A DNA stretch of 64,000 nt from Candidatus Woesearchaeota archaeon (GTDB taxonomy: Archaea > Nanobdellota > Nanobdellia > SCGC-AAA011-G17 > GW2011-AR17). The first letter of the stretch is position 1. Each line of letters begins with the position of its first letter. The DNA lies in assembly GCA_964411565.1 (NCBI GenBank), contig CAYPLB010000003.1, positions 29,953 through 93,952 of the forward strand, read 5' to 3'. Shown in pieces: positions 10,232 through 19,573 of the stretch. The position numbers were made by a program, and so were the translations under genes. The notes under the pieces were generated by a model. The model saw nothing but the letters and a program-made list of their open reading frames with translations, had not been told where the DNA came from and ran no database searches.

Positions 10232-10337
10232 GGGGTAGTAGTTTAACTTGGCTAGAGCAGTCGGCTCCAACCCGACAGATCGGGGAAACAATCTACATAA
10301 TGGAGAATGTTCCGAAATTCAAATCCCTGCTACCCCA
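10232..10337 (+). tRNA. tRNA-Trp (anticodon CCA) with a putative 32-nt non-canonical intron between positions 53 and 54
   Basis: Acceptor GGGGTAG/CTACCCC, D-arm GTTT-AACTTGGCTA-GAGC (two G-U pairs), anticodon arm GTCGG-CTCCAAC-CCGAC, variable AGAT, T-stem CGGGG/CCCTG, T-loop TTCAAAT, discriminator A. A 32-nt insertion (10286-10317) separates the T-stem 5' strand from the T-loop. The reverse strand also gives an anticodon arm (UGG) but no T-arm. Confidence 0.5.
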
Positions 10338-11004
10338 TTTTTTTAAAAGTTTCATATTTTTTTAACTTTCTTTCATTTTTAGGTTCAATTTGCTCAAAGA
10401 AATTTTTTATACTTGTACTTTTTCTAATTACTACTTGATGAGTATTACCTCTACAGATATAGGAAGAAATACCTAATTTTTTTAATACTTCATGTATGTC
10501 TTTTGCAAATTTATAAGACTTCATTGAATATTTAATCAAAATATAATTATAACCTTTATCTCTTTGTAAAGTTACACACCCATCAGTGTCAAATAAACCT
10601 CTAAGAAATGCAGCAAGATGAGTATTTTTTGAAAGTAAAGAATGAGGTAATCTAAGATTTGTTTTAGGACCTACAGGACATTGAAGATAAATTGAAAGAA
10701 AATTAAAAATCGTTTTTGATCTACCTCTTAAAGTATAACAATTACCAAAAGTTTCATGTTTTAAATTTATTCCAAAAAGATCTTTAAATAAATAATCTAT
10801 TCTTGCCATATATTTAACATCAAATCTGGAATCTCCTGCATATGTAAAACAATAGTCAGATTTTTTAGAATCACACCTTAAACATCCATCTCCATAATGA
10901 ATCCCTAAGAACTCAGAAAGTTTTATGTCCATTTTTTTGGGAAGAATTATTCCTCTAGATAAATCGTTTCTACCTCTTTTTATAATATTAATATCAAAAT
11001 CCAT
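10330..11004 (-). CDS. free-standing LAGLIDADG homing endonuclease
   Basis: Two LAGLIDADG-type motifs (LGIHYGDGC and LRGLFDTDGC) spaced as in double-motif enzymes. The 3' end overlaps the last 8 nt of tRNA-Trp on the opposite strand. Confidence 0.75.
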   Translation of the reverse strand: MDFDINIIKRGRNDLSRGIILPKKMDIKLSEFLGIHYGDGCLRCDSKKSDYCFTYAGDSRFDVKYMARIDYLFKDLFGINLKHETFGNCYTLRGRSKTIFNFLSIYLQCPVGPKTNLRLPHSLLSKNTHLAAFLRGLFDTDGCVTLQRDKGYNYILIKYSMKSYKFAKDIHEVLKKLGISSYICRGNTHQVVIRKSTSIKNFFEQIEPKNERKLKKYETFKKMG

Positions 11005-11088
11005 TAAATATGTTCAAAGAAAAGAGATTAATAATCTTTTACTAGAAAAAACTGAAAATATTTCAAAATTTTTGAAAAGTTTTCAGAA

Positions 11089-11538
11089 TCAAGCAAAAGA
11101 AGAACTTGATTGAGAAACAGATTTTTCTATTTCAATTTTAAAATCAGGTTTTATTTTGTAAACATGATTATGTTTATTATATTCCATTTCATCAACAGCA
11201 TATCCAGTAATAATTGTACTGTCTGTTTTGAAATCATAAATAATAGAAAACTCTACATCTTGTTCTAATAATTCTAAATATTTATTGAATTTTGTTTCAA
11301 ATTCACTTTGAAAATTAGAGGAAGATGCTTCCTTTGCAGCAAGATTTGCTGAGAGTTCAATATAATAAATATCTTTTTCAGCTTCAAAATAAGTGTTAAA
11401 TAATTCAATTTCTTTTTCTCCAAGATATAAATCAGATCCCCCAGGAGAATTTTTCCCAGTATTACCATAAAACATAAAGAGAGCTATAATGAAACCTAAA
11501 CATACAATGTACATGAAAACAGCTGCTCTTTTATTCAT
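11089..11538 (-). CDS. hypothetical N-terminally anchored protein in pilus-like locus
   Basis: MNKRAAVFMYIVCLGFIIALFMF signal-anchor; 4-nt start/stop overlap with the next gene. Confidence 0.4.
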   Translation of the reverse strand: MNKRAAVFMYIVCLGFIIALFMFYGNTGKNSPGGSDLYLGEKEIELFNTYFEAEKDIYYIELSANLAAKEASSSNFQSEFETKFNKYLELLEQDVEFSIIYDFKTDSTIITGYAVDEMEYNKHNHVYKIKPDFKIEIEKSVSQSSSSFA

Positions 11539-12086
11539 TCGTAAACCTCCAAAACAACTTTTAATTTTTTATTACCATCAACTTCAGGAATATTAAGTTC
11601 AGCACTATAAGGATTGTCTATGTCAATTATAATAGGTGTACAAAAGAAAATCATTTTATCTTCTTCATTATATACACTAATATACCAATCTGAAGAAATT
11701 GGATCAAGATAAGTTTCTAAATAAGCTACTAAAACATCATCACAAGATAATCTATCTGAAAATTCAGATTTTAAAAATCCATTAAATAAAAAACCATCTT
11801 GAGGCGAAGGATAATTCCTACCTGTGTAAGACAATATTTCTCCTAATGTATAATCATCATCAATTTGAAGTTTCATTAAATTAATTAAGTCAGTATCTAA
11901 AAATTCTGCGTCCATAGCATTTACTTCATTATTATTTGGAAGAATTGAATCCATTATATTTCCAACACTAAATTTAGAAACAAAATTAAAAGCTATTAAA
12001 ATAACAATAATCACTGCAAGAATAACTAGAGCAGTTCCAAACTCTGTCCAATCATCGAACATTGCAAATCCTTTTTTCTTTAACAT
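11535..12086 (-). CDS. prepilin-like protein with class III signal peptide
   Basis: MLKKKG|FAMFDDWTEFGTALVILAVIIVILIAF: basic N-terminus, [KR]G cleavage motif, hydrophobic helix. Confidence 0.55.
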   Translation of the reverse strand: MLKKKGFAMFDDWTEFGTALVILAVIIVILIAFNFVSKFSVGNIMDSILPNNNEVNAMDAEFLDTDLINLMKLQIDDDYTLGEILSYTGRNYPSPQDGFLFNGFLKSEFSDRLSCDDVLVAYLETYLDPISSDWYISVYNEEDKMIFFCTPIIIDIDNPYSAELNIPEVDGNKKLKVVLEVYE

Positions 12087-12562
12087 TCTATCAACTCAAA
12101 ATTGAATTCTAAAATTGAATTCTTTATTTCTCCATTATCATATACTTGTACTATTTTGTTTATTGTTTGTTTTTCATTGAATTCTTTATCACCAATAGAT
12201 TTCCCATTTAAAGTTAAACCCATTTTTGTATCAATAAATCTTCGCATAACTTCAAATTCTAAATTATCAGGATCTAAATAATTAAAACAGGAACTAATAT
12301 TACCATCATTAAATTTATTTAAGTCAATAGTACCAACAACAGTCCTATCAATGTCTTCATTAAAATAAGCTATACAATCTGAATCTGTTAAAACCTTAGC
12401 TAACATAATTTCATGATAAATAGGATCAACACACTCAGCTTTAATCTTTTGTGTATCAGTAGTAATATTTATGAAAGCAAGAAAAAGAATTGAAACAACT
12501 AAAATACCTACAATAAAATAAATTAATTTTCCTCCAATCATTTGACCTTTATTTGTTTTCAC
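12080..12562 (-). CDS. prepilin-like protein with class III signal peptide
   Basis: MKTNKG|QMIGGKLIYFIVGILVVSILFLAF, a KGQ-type (EppA-like) cleavage motif. Confidence 0.6.
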   Translation of the reverse strand: MKTNKGQMIGGKLIYFIVGILVVSILFLAFINITTDTQKIKAECVDPIYHEIMLAKVLTDSDCIAYFNEDIDRTVVGTIDLNKFNDGNISSCFNYLDPDNLEFEVMRRFIDTKMGLTLNGKSIGDKEFNEKQTINKIVQVYDNGEIKNSILEFNFELIEC

Positions 12563-12896
12563 TGGTTAAGTCACCTCCTTTAGATTCGAGATGTAAAGTA
12601 TAATTTGAAAAAAGATTCGTGAGTTTAGTATTTTTTAAAACATTAACAATTGAATCATCAATTTCTACTTCATAAGTAGATTTAACACTGTAATCATATT
12701 CAATGAAACCTGGAGAAGCAGTCATTGTTTCTGAAAGTAAAGATAAATCCTCTTGTAAGTAAAATTCGTTTATAGTAGAATAAGAATCAGGGTTCATTGC
12801 TAAAGAAACTAAAATACCTAAAATCATAATACCTAAAATAAGTTCTATTATGTAATAAGACTGAAGTTCTATACCAGCTTGGCCTCTTTTATTCAT
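12549..12896 (-). CDS. prepilin-like protein with class III signal peptide (start trimmed to internal Met)
   Basis: MNKRG|QAGIELQSYYIIELILGIMILGILV, with Q at +1 and E at +5. The listed ORF extends to 12983 but the upstream part lacks pilin features. Confidence 0.55.
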   Translation of the reverse strand: MNKRGQAGIELQSYYIIELILGIMILGILVSLAMNPDSYSTINEFYLQEDLSLLSETMTASPGFIEYDYSVKSTYEVEIDDSIVNVLKNTKLTNLFSNYTLHLESKGGDLTSENK

Positions 12897-12968
12897 AAGT
12901 CTATATGAGCTTTTTTTATTTATATAATTATAGGAAGATTTAAAATGTTTTAAGACTAAGAAATAAAT

Positions 12969-13172
12969 ATGAAAGATGGACATAAAAGAAGTTTTTTGAA
13001 AACTGTAAGTTATAGAATTTCTTCAACAATATTAACTGCAGTAATTGTATTTATTTTTACAAGAAATTTAACACTATCCTTAGGAGTTGGTGCAGCTGAA
13101 TGGATTTTTAAGTCTATATGGTATTATGGACATGAAAGACTTTGGAATTGGACAAAATGGGGTAAAAATTAA
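12969..13172 (+). CDS. small membrane protein, DUF2061-like
   Basis: ...SYRISSTILTAVIVFIFT...EWIFKSIWYYGHERLWNW resembles the conserved YY.HER.W motif of the DUF2061 family; sits between divergent pilin genes. Confidence 0.4.
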   Translation: MKDGHKRSFLKTVSYRISSTILTAVIVFIFTRNLTLSLGVGAAEWIFKSIWYYGHERLWNWTKWGKN

Positions 13173-14203
13173 ACAAAAGCTTGTTCTTCCTCAGTTTCTT
13201 GAATATTAGAAAAATCATACTCATAAGGAACAAAAGATAATTTTGAATCCTTGAATAATAAAGTTGAAGAAACTTTTATTTGGGTATTATCATTAACTTC
13301 CCCATTAACATAAGGAGAAATATAAGTGTAAGCATTAGTTTCGGTATCAACAACATCACCATAACCAACAACTTCAGTTATTTCTAAGTTGTAGAGAGTT
13401 ATTGCATCAGCACCTTCTAATTCATCATTAAATTCTACAGCATTAGCAATTTTTGTTTCAAAACTATCTGAAGATAAAATACTTGAAGTAGCTAAATCAA
13501 TAAGTTCTACTTTATCTGTGTAAAAATTTAAACCAGTATCATAATTTAAAAATTCTAAATCTAATTCACAAGGAGCTTCTCCAGTTTTTTCTAAACAAGA
13601 TTTGTAAGTATTAGTTTGTTCTTCAAAACTAGACACAAGTAATTTTTCTGTTGATGTAACACAAGTGTCATCGTCACAGAAATAAATAGTATTACCAAAT
13701 TTTTCATATGTTAAAAACATTAAAGAATCATCTTCACCTTCTCTTAAAACACCATTAGAAGGACAAGTTTTGTCAAGGAAAGTTAGTTCAGTATTATCAA
13801 ACTTTTTACAACCCATTAAATTATCAATACAAATATCTTCTAAGTCAGAGATTATTGAAAAAAATGGACCTTTACAAATACATAAACAAGGATAACCACC
13901 ACATTCATCTTTGGGAATTGTAATCTCTTCTTTACAAGGTTTTTCTTCACCCTTAAAGTCATTACCATTATTGAAAGAAACTAAATAATGATTTTCATAT
14001 AAATAAAATAAAGTAGAATTTGCAGTACCATCATCTAAATTATCAATATTAAAAGCTAAAGATTTGAAACTTTGAGTTGTCTCAGAAGAATCTATTAATT
14101 CTTTTCCAATAATAACTGAAGCAGCAATACCAACTACAGCAACTATCATAGTTATTGTTACAAGGATTAAATAATCCGTAGCTCCTTTTTTTGTAGATAT
14201 CAT
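13169..14203 (-). CDS. large pilin-like/adhesin protein with class III signal peptide
   Basis: MISTKKG|ATDYLILVTITMIVAVVGIAAS followed by a 300-aa Cys-containing ectodomain. Confidence 0.55.
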   Translation of the reverse strand: MISTKKGATDYLILVTITMIVAVVGIAASVIIGKELIDSSETTQSFKSLAFNIDNLDDGTANSTLFYLYENHYLVSFNNGNDFKGEEKPCKEEITIPKDECGGYPCLCICKGPFFSIISDLEDICIDNLMGCKKFDNTELTFLDKTCPSNGVLREGEDDSLMFLTYEKFGNTIYFCDDDTCVTSTEKLLVSSFEEQTNTYKSCLEKTGEAPCELDLEFLNYDTGLNFYTDKVELIDLATSSILSSDSFETKIANAVEFNDELEGADAITLYNLEITEVVGYGDVVDTETNAYTYISPYVNGEVNDNTQIKVSSTLLFKDSKLSFVPYEYDFSNIQETEEEQAFV

Positions 14204-14385
14204 TCTATAGCTAATCCTTCAGTAGCTTGGCCTAATTCTGTACCTAAAGAAGAGGAAGTACCTGATAAACTTTCTACAAAAGTACCAATCTGATCTTGGA
14301 ATATAATAGCAATAACAATTAGTACCATTAAAGCTAGAATCAATAAGATCATAAATCTTAAAGTTAATTCACCTTTTTTTGTCAT
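14200..14385 (-). CDS. minor pilin-like protein with class III signal peptide
   Basis: MTKKG|ELTLRFMILLILALMVLIVIAIIF; 61 aa. Confidence 0.55.
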   Translation of the reverse strand: MTKKGELTLRFMILLILALMVLIVIAIIFQDQIGTFVESLSGTSSSLGTELGQATEGLAIE

Positions 14386-14420
14386 ATTAAAATTAAAAGA
14401 ATAAAAGTATTTAAAAGTTA

Positions 14421-14756
14421 CTAGGAAGAATCCTTACACTCACCATCATCCCAAGTTTTCTTTAAATTGAAATAGTCGTTGTTACAATCAGTTATTTTAC
14501 TACCACTATTATCTTCTAAAGTATCTGGGAAACCAGGATTATTCCAACTTGTTTCATCATCAGTTGCACAATAGAGACTACATTTAGATTTGTACAAAGC
14601 TAATTGCTCTGTGGAAGTTGAACCAACTTCTTCTGTCTGTTTAAATAAAGCACCTAATCCTCCTGTGAAGAAAAGAGCAACTAAGATCAAAGCAATTAAA
14701 GCAAGAACTGCTAAGATTACGAAATTTAAAGAAATATCCATACCTTTTTTATTCAT
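14421..14756 (-). CDS. pilin-like protein with class III signal peptide
   Basis: MNKKG|MDISLNFVILAVLALIALILVALFF; small Cys-containing globular domain. Confidence 0.55.
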   Translation of the reverse strand: MNKKGMDISLNFVILAVLALIALILVALFFTGGLGALFKQTEEVGSTSTEQLALYKSKCSLYCATDDETSWNNPGFPDTLEDNSGSKITDCNNDYFNLKKTWDDGECKDSS

Positions 14757-14808
14757 TGTGTTACACCTCTTAGTATATTTATATGAGAGAGATATTTAAA
14801 GTTTTCTA

Positions 14809-15678
14809 TCAAACACTTTCGATTTTATGACAATATTTTACATCAGAAGCTGTAAAGAAATCTACAACTTTGGTTCTATCTGATGCATCTACACCAAAAC
14901 TGTAATAATTGTCTGAAGGGAAAAATTCTGATAATGGACGTTCAATTAAATCAGAAAGTATACAAATTCTAGTATCATCAATCTTGTAAAATATAGGTGC
15001 AGCTTTTAGTGTATAAGAATAACTAGATTTATCATCGCAAGTTGGAGGCCATGCAGCACAAAGATCTTGTGCTACTTTTTTATCTTCATAAAATTCAAAA
15101 GTATAATCTGCACCTTTTTCAGTAGGATTTTTATTTGTTCTATCATCTTGCCAATAAACATATAAGTGGTTTACTGAACCTTTGTCATCACTTATGATTT
15201 GAAAATTCTCTGGAAAAACACAACCCATATCATTTGGAGTTAATACAAAAGCTCCAGGATCTTTTTTTGTAACCATTAAACCTAGAGTATAAGGTTTTGT
15301 TTCTCTCGCTTCATAAGTTCCATCATCATTATTAATAACAGAAACTACAGATGCACTTTGATCATATACATTTTGAATTAAGTAAGAAGAAGATTCAGAA
15401 ACAGCTCCTAAAGTTTGAGAATAACATAAACATTCAGTTCCAGCTATTGTATTGAAACCACCATAACAATAATCATCAATATTTGAAAATAATTTTTCAA
15501 AAGATTCTACAGTTTGAGTTGTTGCTTCAGCTTCTTTATCTTGAACAAAAACTTTGTCAAAACTATCAGTTATAATACTAAAAATTTCACTAGATTGTTC
15601 GTTAAATACAACTCCAACTACTAAAATGATTATTAAAATAATAATTGCTGCTATAATAGTTTGTCCTACATCTGCCAT
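14809..15678 (-). CDS. pilin-like/secreted protein (weaker class III signal peptide)
   Basis: MADVG|QTIIAAIIILIIILVVGVVF has a G|Q cleavage-like motif but lacks the basic residue. Confidence 0.4.
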   Translation of the reverse strand: MADVGQTIIAAIIILIIILVVGVVFNEQSSEIFSIITDSFDKVFVQDKEAEATTQTVESFEKLFSNIDDYCYGGFNTIAGTECLCYSQTLGAVSESSSYLIQNVYDQSASVVSVINNDDGTYEARETKPYTLGLMVTKKDPGAFVLTPNDMGCVFPENFQIISDDKGSVNHLYVYWQDDRTNKNPTEKGADYTFEFYEDKKVAQDLCAAWPPTCDDKSSYSYTLKAAPIFYKIDDTRICILSDLIERPLSEFFPSDNYYSFGVDASDRTKVVDFFTASDVKYCHKIESV

Positions 15679-15679
15679 T

Positions 15680-15847
15680 TTATTTTCCTAGTACTTTTGT
15701 TGTTAAATATACAATTGTTTCAAGAGCTTTTTCTTTTAATGTAGAAGAAAAAGCAATTACTGCAATTAATACAATTATTACAAGTATAAATGCTGCAATA
15801 TATTCCCAAGCAATATCTCCTCTTTTATTATGCAATAAGGCTTTCAT
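15680..15847 (-). CDS. minor pilin-like protein with class III signal peptide (start trimmed)
   Basis: MKALLHNKRG|DIAWEYIAAFILVIIVLIAVIAF from the internal Met. Confidence 0.45.
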   Translation of the reverse strand: MKALLHNKRGDIAWEYIAAFILVIIVLIAVIAFSSTLKEKALETIVYLTTKVLGK

Positions 15848-16709
15848 CCAATGGTGGACCATATACCAAACACCCCCTGTAAGTTGGATCTTCATCAAGA
15901 ACAGTATCTAATAAGATTTGATTAGTTACTTCAGTACTAGTATCAGTTAATAAGAATATTGCTGACCCTCCTGCAACTGCTAAAGAACCTCCCATAGTAA
16001 GAGGAGCAAAGAAAATTCCAGCAGCAAATATCTGTGGTAAAGCCCATAATTTAGCCATCCCAGTAATAAGACTATCAACATTCTCAGCTTCAAAATTTTC
16101 ATTAGTAGTAATTAAAATTCTGTCATCATCACTATCTCCAATTAAATCCTGATCATCATAAAATATAATGTAATAATATTCATCTTTGACTAATTTTTTA
16201 TCAGGAATCCCTTCTGATTCTATATCAAAACATAAAGTTTGGTAACCTGTATTTTGTTCTAAATAATTATAAGCAGAGTTTGTAACATCTGTTTTTACAC
16301 CATCTTTGTAAGCTATTGAATATGCAAAATATTCTTCTAATGAAATATCTTCTTGAGGAACAATTGCATAAACAAAATAAGTTTCATCAATAGCAGCACC
16401 AAAATCACAAGCTCCTTCTTTAAACATCCACCAAGTATCAGTTAATTTTGTAGAAAATTCCTCCATAACAATAGGTTCTTCTATTACATTGAATCTACAT
16501 GCAGAAGGAAAATGTGAAAAGAAACCACCACCACATTTAGCAGTGTTTGTTAACCAACAAGAAGTTTGAGAAAAAAAGTCAGCAGTAAAAACTCCCTTAG
16601 CACCTAATACTATTCCAGTAATACTAAGAATTACAACTACTGCAATAATTAGAAGAACTGTTTGCTCTGGAGCAAGTTTACCTCTTTTATTTTTAACCAA
16701 TGATTGCAT
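15828..16709 (-). CDS. pilin-like protein with class III signal peptide
   Basis: MQSLVKNKRG|KLAPEQTVLLIIAVVVILSITGIVLG followed by a 250-aa ectodomain. Confidence 0.55.
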   Translation of the reverse strand: MQSLVKNKRGKLAPEQTVLLIIAVVVILSITGIVLGAKGVFTADFFSQTSCWLTNTAKCGGGFFSHFPSACRFNVIEEPIVMEEFSTKLTDTWWMFKEGACDFGAAIDETYFVYAIVPQEDISLEEYFAYSIAYKDGVKTDVTNSAYNYLEQNTGYQTLCFDIESEGIPDKKLVKDEYYYIIFYDDQDLIGDSDDDRILITTNENFEAENVDSLITGMAKLWALPQIFAAGIFFAPLTMGGSLAVAGGSAIFLLTDTSTEVTNQILLDTVLDEDPTYRGCLVYGPPLDESLIA

Positions 16710-16792
16710 TTTTTACACCTATTAAAATTAATGTAACAGCTAGAAACAAAACTAAAATTGAAATTAATATTACTAAAGTTCTCCCTGTCATT

Positions 16793-18952
16793 TTATATCT
16801 GTCCCACCGATAGTGCTAATAAGTTGAAAGCAAATATTGTAACACCAGCAATTAATATGTATAAGAGTGTCCCTCTATATAAATTTTTACCTAAAGTATA
16901 TTCTTCATTTAATTTGTCTACACCATTCTCAATACCATTTGCAAGAATTGTTAAAACTATAACCATTTGTACAACATAAATTCCAACAATCATTTGTAAA
17001 TAAAATGGAGGAATAATTTTATCAACTGGGAAAATGTTGGCAAGATTACTAGCACCAGCTAAAACACTTGTGTCAGAACCAGAAGTTGCAGAATCTAATG
17101 AAGTTCCTAAACTAGAAATTATAGCAGTAATCATAGTACCTATTCCAACTACAATTCCAGCAATTAAAGGAGTTAAAAAACTAACTTGTGATTTCATTGA
17201 AGAAGTAATTTCGGATAACAAATCTTTTAGCCTTTCAGAAACTTTGTAAATTTTATCTAAATAATCAGCAATACTTAACAAAGCTCTTGATACAACCATA
17301 GGACCCTTTCTAGAAGATTCTACTAAGACTTTCATAGTACTTTCAATTAAAGAAGAAGGATAAGCAAGAATAGCTCCATTTGTTTCATTGAAAATTGCAG
17401 CCTGTAAATTCATTCCAAGACTTCTAATATTTTTATCAACTATACCTAAAAATTTTCCAGTAGGTGTTCCAGCTAAACCTCTAGCTACTTCACCGAAAGC
17501 CATCTCTGAAGGCATACCACCACCAATCCTATTTCCTAATTGGAAAATAGCACCCCTAAATTCTGTTTCAAGTTTTTTTGTTTCTTCTCTAATTTTTATT
17601 AATTTGTTTGCTCTTATTGAAAAATAGGAACCTATACCTAAAGCTAAAGCAATTGGAATGAATAAACTTAACATAGTAGCACCAAGACCAAAAGGACCTA
17701 TTGTAGTACCCGCATCAGTTTCTCTGTAATCTAAAAGTAGAATATTATCTGTTAAAAAAACTTCAGTAGATGGATCAATAAAATGTAAAATAATTGGAGA
17801 AAAACCAATTAATAAAAGTATTACAAGTAAGAAAATAGCTATGTGTTTGGGTTCAATAAAAATTTCATTATCTTTAGAAAGTTTAAGAGAAAATTTTCTA
17901 AGTTTTTCAAATTGTGGAAGATTAGTAATATCTGATTGAGCATAACCTATTGGCCTCTTTGATAATAAAGTGTAACCAAAATAAAATACTGCAAAAGGTA
18001 AAAGTAAATTGTAAAGAATAGCTATGTGGAACCATTTAATCCCCATAAAACTTCCAATTAAAGGTAAAATGATTAAACCTAAAATAGGTAAGATAACACC
18101 CATCATGTGAAGCATAGTCATAGGAGACTTGACCTCTTGAGCATAGTGAAGCATACTATCATATGTTCCTTCTAGAATTACTGAAAGAGATTTTTCTAAA
18201 AGTTCAATTCTTCTTTCATCTTTCCCTTCAAAAAGAGAAGATTCAATTAAATGAAAAGATTCAACAAAAGCTAAGTTGTAATCCTTCCAGCCATTTAAAT
18301 AAAATTCTAAAGATTCTTGGACAGTAGGAAATCTTTTTGTTTCAGCATCCCATAAAATTTTTCTTAAGTCTAAAGATAAAGGTTCTCCAACATGTTCACC
18401 AGCAAATTTAATTGCATGTTCTAAATTAGATGTGTGACGCATGTAAATTACTGTGTACAAAACACAAAGTACCATTTGATTAGAAGCTTGAAGTCTTCTC
18501 TTCTGTGCTAAATGCTGAGGAAATTTTGATAAAGGTAAGAAAAGTAAAACTCCACAAAGAACAATCATAAGAGGAACTAAAAGTTGCATAAAACCAAATA
18601 AAAATGTTAAAAACCAAACAACAAAACCTAAGAAAATAAATGAGAACATTGTTAAAATTGCAAAAGTGTAAGCTGCTGCAGGAGTTATGTTTAAATGGAT
18701 TTGATCAATAGCATCCTGCATTTCTTTTTTTACTTCTTCCTTTGCAGGAGCAAAATCAATTATTGAATGTGCAAAATTACAAGCTCGCTCATAAAGAGAA
18801 TTTTCTAAGTGAAGAGCCTCTTTTCTAAAGGTTTCATAATCCTGAGTAAATTTACCTGAAGAAGGTTGATCCATTAAAGAATCTGTATCAGAACCCAACT
18901 TAGCACCATACTTATCCATCACCTTCCGAAATCTCGGATCTATCTGCACCAT
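16793..18952 (-). CDS. large polytopic membrane protein, candidate pilus assembly platform (TadC/FlaJ-like)
   Basis: 719 aa with many TM helices, immediately downstream of the prepilin genes on the same strand. Family assignment rests on context and topology, not on a motif I could read. Confidence 0.4.
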   Translation of the reverse strand: MVQIDPRFRKVMDKYGAKLGSDTDSLMDQPSSGKFTQDYETFRKEALHLENSLYERACNFAHSIIDFAPAKEEVKKEMQDAIDQIHLNITPAAAYTFAILTMFSFIFLGFVVWFLTFLFGFMQLLVPLMIVLCGVLLFLPLSKFPQHLAQKRRLQASNQMVLCVLYTVIYMRHTSNLEHAIKFAGEHVGEPLSLDLRKILWDAETKRFPTVQESLEFYLNGWKDYNLAFVESFHLIESSLFEGKDERRIELLEKSLSVILEGTYDSMLHYAQEVKSPMTMLHMMGVILPILGLIILPLIGSFMGIKWFHIAILYNLLLPFAVFYFGYTLLSKRPIGYAQSDITNLPQFEKLRKFSLKLSKDNEIFIEPKHIAIFLLVILLLIGFSPIILHFIDPSTEVFLTDNILLLDYRETDAGTTIGPFGLGATMLSLFIPIALALGIGSYFSIRANKLIKIREETKKLETEFRGAIFQLGNRIGGGMPSEMAFGEVARGLAGTPTGKFLGIVDKNIRSLGMNLQAAIFNETNGAILAYPSSLIESTMKVLVESSRKGPMVVSRALLSIADYLDKIYKVSERLKDLLSEITSSMKSQVSFLTPLIAGIVVGIGTMITAIISSLGTSLDSATSGSDTSVLAGASNLANIFPVDKIIPPFYLQMIVGIYVVQMVIVLTILANGIENGVDKLNEEYTLGKNLYRGTLLYILIAGVTIFAFNLLALSVGQI

Positions 18953-18978
18953 CTTTTCTAATAAATAATATAAGAATT

Positions 18979-19536
18979 TTATTTATATAGTTGTTGGATT
19001 TCTTCAAAAAGTTCAGGAAGTTCTTTGTAGATCTCAAAATGAGCTCTGTTTTCTAAAACTATAGACTTTGCATTTAATTTTTCTTCAAAAACCTTTGCTT
19101 CAGAAACTGGAACATATTCATCATCTGTTGAAAATAAAGCTATAAATTTTTCACAATTCTGTTTTACTTTTTCTAAATCAATAAAAATTTCTAACCAAGG
19201 ATTAGCTATTTCAACATCATCAGGATGATCTGTTAAATCTAAATGAAAAAAACCTGCAACAAAAAAAGAAGCTTTTACCTTTTTATCAAATTTTTCTAAG
19301 AATCTAATTATAGTTTGACAACCCATACTATGACCAATGAAAATTGATTCTTCATCAGCATCTTTTGCAATTTCTTGTAAGTGAGGAACCCAAGTTTCTA
19401 TTTTAGGTTCTCCTGGATTTGGCATTTGAGGAATAATAACTTCAAAATTTAGTTCTTCTAATTTATTTTTTAACCAAGGAAACCAACAATTATAAGGATG
19501 ACCTTCCCAACCATGAATGATATATGCTTTTTTCAT
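18979..19536 (-). CDS. alpha/beta hydrolase, YdeN/RBBP9-like serine hydrolase family
   Basis: MKKAYIIHGWEGHPYNCWFPWL...IFIGHSMGC (GxSxG nucleophile elbow); 185 aa. Confidence 0.65.
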   Translation of the reverse strand: MKKAYIIHGWEGHPYNCWFPWLKNKLEELNFEVIIPQMPNPGEPKIETWVPHLQEIAKDADEESIFIGHSMGCQTIIRFLEKFDKKVKASFFVAGFFHLDLTDHPDDVEIANPWLEIFIDLEKVKQNCEKFIALFSTDDEYVPVSEAKVFEEKLNAKSIVLENRAHFEIYKELPELFEEIQQLYK

Positions 19537-19573
19537 AATATAAGAATAAATTAAGAATTAAAAAAAGTTTGGA

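Noticed and set aside
10232-10337. tRNA-Pro (UGG) on the minus strand
   Set aside because: The anticodon arm is quasi-palindromic and also reads as UGG on the reverse strand, but only the plus strand yields a T-arm, canonical T-loop, D-arm with G18G19 and 7-bp acceptor with discriminator.
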